Source: Xylanibacter ruminicola 23
GTDB taxonomy: Bacteria; Bacteroidota; Bacteroidia; Bacteroidales; Bacteroidaceae
NCBI RefSeq assembly: GCF_000025925.1
Contig: NC_014033.1
Location: 1,830,001 to 1,862,000, forward strand
Direction: 5' to 3'
Length of the DNA stretch: 32,000 nt
Below the pieces are notes generated by a model. That model was given only the letters and a program-made list of their open reading frames with translations. It had not been told where the DNA came from and made no database searches. Below, piece after piece: positions 30,239-32,000 of the stretch. The translations under genes and the position numbers were made by a program. The number at the start of each line of letters is the position of its first letter. The stretch's first letter is position 1.

Positions 30239-31312
30239 TTACGATTTACTATTTGACAATTTCTTGGCCGTACTCAGCAGACCACAGGCTGCAAAGATAT
30301 CCTGTCCACGACTGGCGCGGATAGTGGTAAACACACCATGGGCGGTGAGATAGTCACGCAAGGCTTCCATGCGCTTCTCGTCGGCACCAGGCAAATCCAC
30401 ACCAGGAATCTCGTGGAATCGAATCAAATTTACACGGCAGTCCAATCCACGCACCAGCTTCACAATCTCGCGGGCATGCATGGTGGTGTCGTTCAGTCCG
30501 GCAAAGCAGATGTACTCGAACGAACAACGGCGCTGGTGCGAGAAGTCGTACTGCTTCAGCAGGTCAATCACCTCGGTAATCGACATCTGCTTCTCGGCAG
30601 GCATCAACATCTGGCGCTGTTCGGGCAGTGGCGAGTGCATCGATATAGCCACGTGGCACTCACTCTCGTCGAGGAATCGCTTCAGCTTGTTCTTCACACC
30701 CACACTCGATACAGTGATGCGGCGCGGACTCCAGGCATAACCCCAATCGGCAGTCAGCACCTGGGTGGCCTGCAGGATAGCGTCGAGGTTATCCATGGGC
30801 TCACCCTGACCCATAAACACGATATTGGTCAGTGTGTCGCGCTCTGGCAACGCATATATCTGGTTCAGGATATCAGCAGCAGTCAAACTGCCCTCAAACC
30901 CCTGTTTACCAGTCTGACAGAACAAGCAATTCATTTTACAACCCACCTGACACGATACACACAGCGTGGCGCGATCGCCGATTCCCGAGCCTTGCTCGCC
31001 TACCCGTCGCCTTTCTGGTATATACACCGTTTCAACAAACTTACCACTACGGGTTGGGAACAGATATTTGATGGTTCCATCCACCGAACGCTGACAGTCG
31101 ATGGGCGCCATGCTGCCCACCTCGTACTGTTCGGCCAGTTTTTCACGGTTTGCCTTCGACAGGTTGGTCATATCGGCAATGCTACCAACATGTTGCTGGT
31201 AGAGCCACTTGGCAATCTGTGCAGCCGTAAACTTGGGCATTCCCAATTCGGTTACCACTTGCTGCAATTCGCCAGGCTGCATGCCTAATAATACCTTCTT
31301 TTCGTCGTACAT
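30239..31312 (-). CDS. rlmN: 23S rRNA/tRNA (adenine-C2)-methyltransferase, radical SAM
   Basis: 357 aa. CVSCQVGCKMNCLFCQTG contains CxxxCxxC. NIVFMGQGEP and the C-terminal DIFAACGLL (catalytic Cys) are as in RlmN. Confidence 0.9.
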   Translation of the reverse strand: MYDEKKVLLGMQPGELQQVVTELGMPKFTAAQIAKWLYQQHVGSIADMTNLSKANREKLAEQYEVGSMAPIDCQRSVDGTIKYLFPTRSGKFVETVYIPERRRVGEQGSGIGDRATLCVSCQVGCKMNCLFCQTGKQGFEGSLTAADILNQIYALPERDTLTNIVFMGQGEPMDNLDAILQATQVLTADWGYAWSPRRITVSSVGVKNKLKRFLDESECHVAISMHSPLPEQRQMLMPAEKQMSITEVIDLLKQYDFSHQRRCSFEYICFAGLNDTTMHAREIVKLVRGLDCRVNLIRFHEIPGVDLPGADEKRMEALRDYLTAHGVFTTIRASRGQDIFAACGLLSTAKKLSNSKS

Positions 31313-31328
31313 CTTTACTTTTTGGGTG

Positions 31329-31336
31329 CAAAGGTA
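31329..31336 (-). promoter_or_regulatory. Promoter -7 box TACCTTTG (minus strand) for rlmN-pdxA
   Basis: Plus-strand CAAAGGTA, 16 nt upstream of ATG 31312. Confidence 0.45.
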
Positions 31337-31414
31337 GAAAAATTTCCCTAATTTATTTGGTTTTCTCGGAAAATATTACGAATTTTGCGCTTTATAAATC
31401 ACTAATTACACGTA

Positions 31415-32000
31415 ATGAGAGAAAAAATTGACTGTTTTTTGCCTTGCAACGACCTTGAGACAGCGCGCGATGTGATAGCGCAAATCAAGGGTAGCAAGAC
31501 TATTCAACATATCTGTTTGCTGGTAAACCAACCCCTTGAGGCCACAGACGAGGCCCTGAGCGATTGCGAGCAAATAGTAGTTAACGACCTGACAAGCAGC
31601 ACAACCCTACAGGCTATTTCAGAACATGCCAAAGCTGATTACGCCCTGTTGCAGATTCGTCCACGACAGATACAGATGGCCAAAGGCACACTCGACCGCA
31701 TGCTGCGTATCGCATCCGATTCGGATGCTGCCATGATCTACGCCGACCACAACGACCTGATTGATGGCAAGCTGCAGCCCCATCCTGTTATCGATTATCA
31801 GATAGGTAGTATCCGCGACGATTTCGATCTGGGCTCGCTCATCCTGGTTAAAACCAGTCTGCTGCACTGCTTTACCATGCAATGCAACGAGCACCCCTAT
31901 CAGTATGCTGCTGTTTATGCCCTGCGCTTGTTCCTGAGTCGTAAAGGCCGTATCTTCCACATTAACGAGAAGCTTTATACCGAGCAGGAGACCGATACAC
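31415..32000 (+). CDS. Hypothetical protein, N-terminal 195 aa (runs off the window); possibly GT-A-like
   Basis: Own translation from ATG 31415: MREKIDCFLPCNDLETARDVIAQIKGSK...MIYADHNDLIDGKLQPHPVIDYQIGSIRDDFDLGSLILVK... The frame stays open to position 32000, and the 113-aa ORF on the opposite strand is its shadow. The family assignment is uncertain. Confidence 0.6.
   Translation, partial: MREKIDCFLPCNDLETARDVIAQIKGSKTIQHICLLVNQPLEATDEALSDCEQIVVNDLTSSTTLQAISEHAKADYALLQIRPRQIQMAKGTLDRMLRIASDSDAAMIYADHNDLIDGKLQPHPVIDYQIGSIRDDFDLGSLILVKTSLLHCFTMQCNEHPYQYAAVYALRLFLSRKGRIFHINEKLYTEQETDT

Noticed and set aside
30338-31288. 316-aa plus-strand ORF opposite rlmN
   Set aside because: It is an antisense shadow of a confidently identified radical-SAM RlmN gene, with no start context or motifs of its own.

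Overview
Bacteroidales-type chromosome segment, probably Prevotella/Segatella-like, judged from a UpxY-led capsule locus, TAnnTTTG -7 promoter boxes and conserved sigma-54-activator/lptE/secG and rlmN/pdxA blocks. It has three zones. (1) 1-14040, minus strand: a capsular polysaccharide (CPS) operon. A promoter near 14030 reads through a ~370-nt leader into upxY (12961-13653). Next comes a 700-bp repeat- and hairpin-rich spacer with no upxZ-sized ORF. A sugar-activation module follows at 9330-12257 (GHMP sugar kinase, nucleotidyltransferase, UDP-glucuronate-4-epimerase-like). Then come a two-gene cassette ending in a predicted HEPN (RNxxxH) protein (8009-9317) and a decayed ~620-bp junction. 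The operon ends in a very AT-rich variable block: a putative GT-B-like protein, an FAD oxidoreductase, a Wzx flippase, a 664-aa glycyl radical enzyme with its radical-SAM activase, and a GT2. (2) 14170-17543: a small defence/TA islet. An uncharacterised overlapping two-gene operon (14206-15191, +) converges on an AbiEi/AbiEii operon that carries a third, MNT-type nucleotidyltransferase gene (15406-17331, -). The AbiE cassette is bracketed by a ~140-200 bp direct repeat whose right copy abuts the rsmA stop codon. (3) 17544-32000: housekeeping genes (rsmA, pepD, corA, DUF349, guaD, tRNA-Tyr, secG, lptE, sigma-54 activator, pdxA, rlmN, and two flippase-like membrane paralogues). The best candidates for undescribed biology are the GRE/activase pair inside a capsule operon, the HEPN cassette embedded in that operon, and the unknown two-gene operon next to AbiE. 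All family calls rest on motifs read by eye; no database search was possible.
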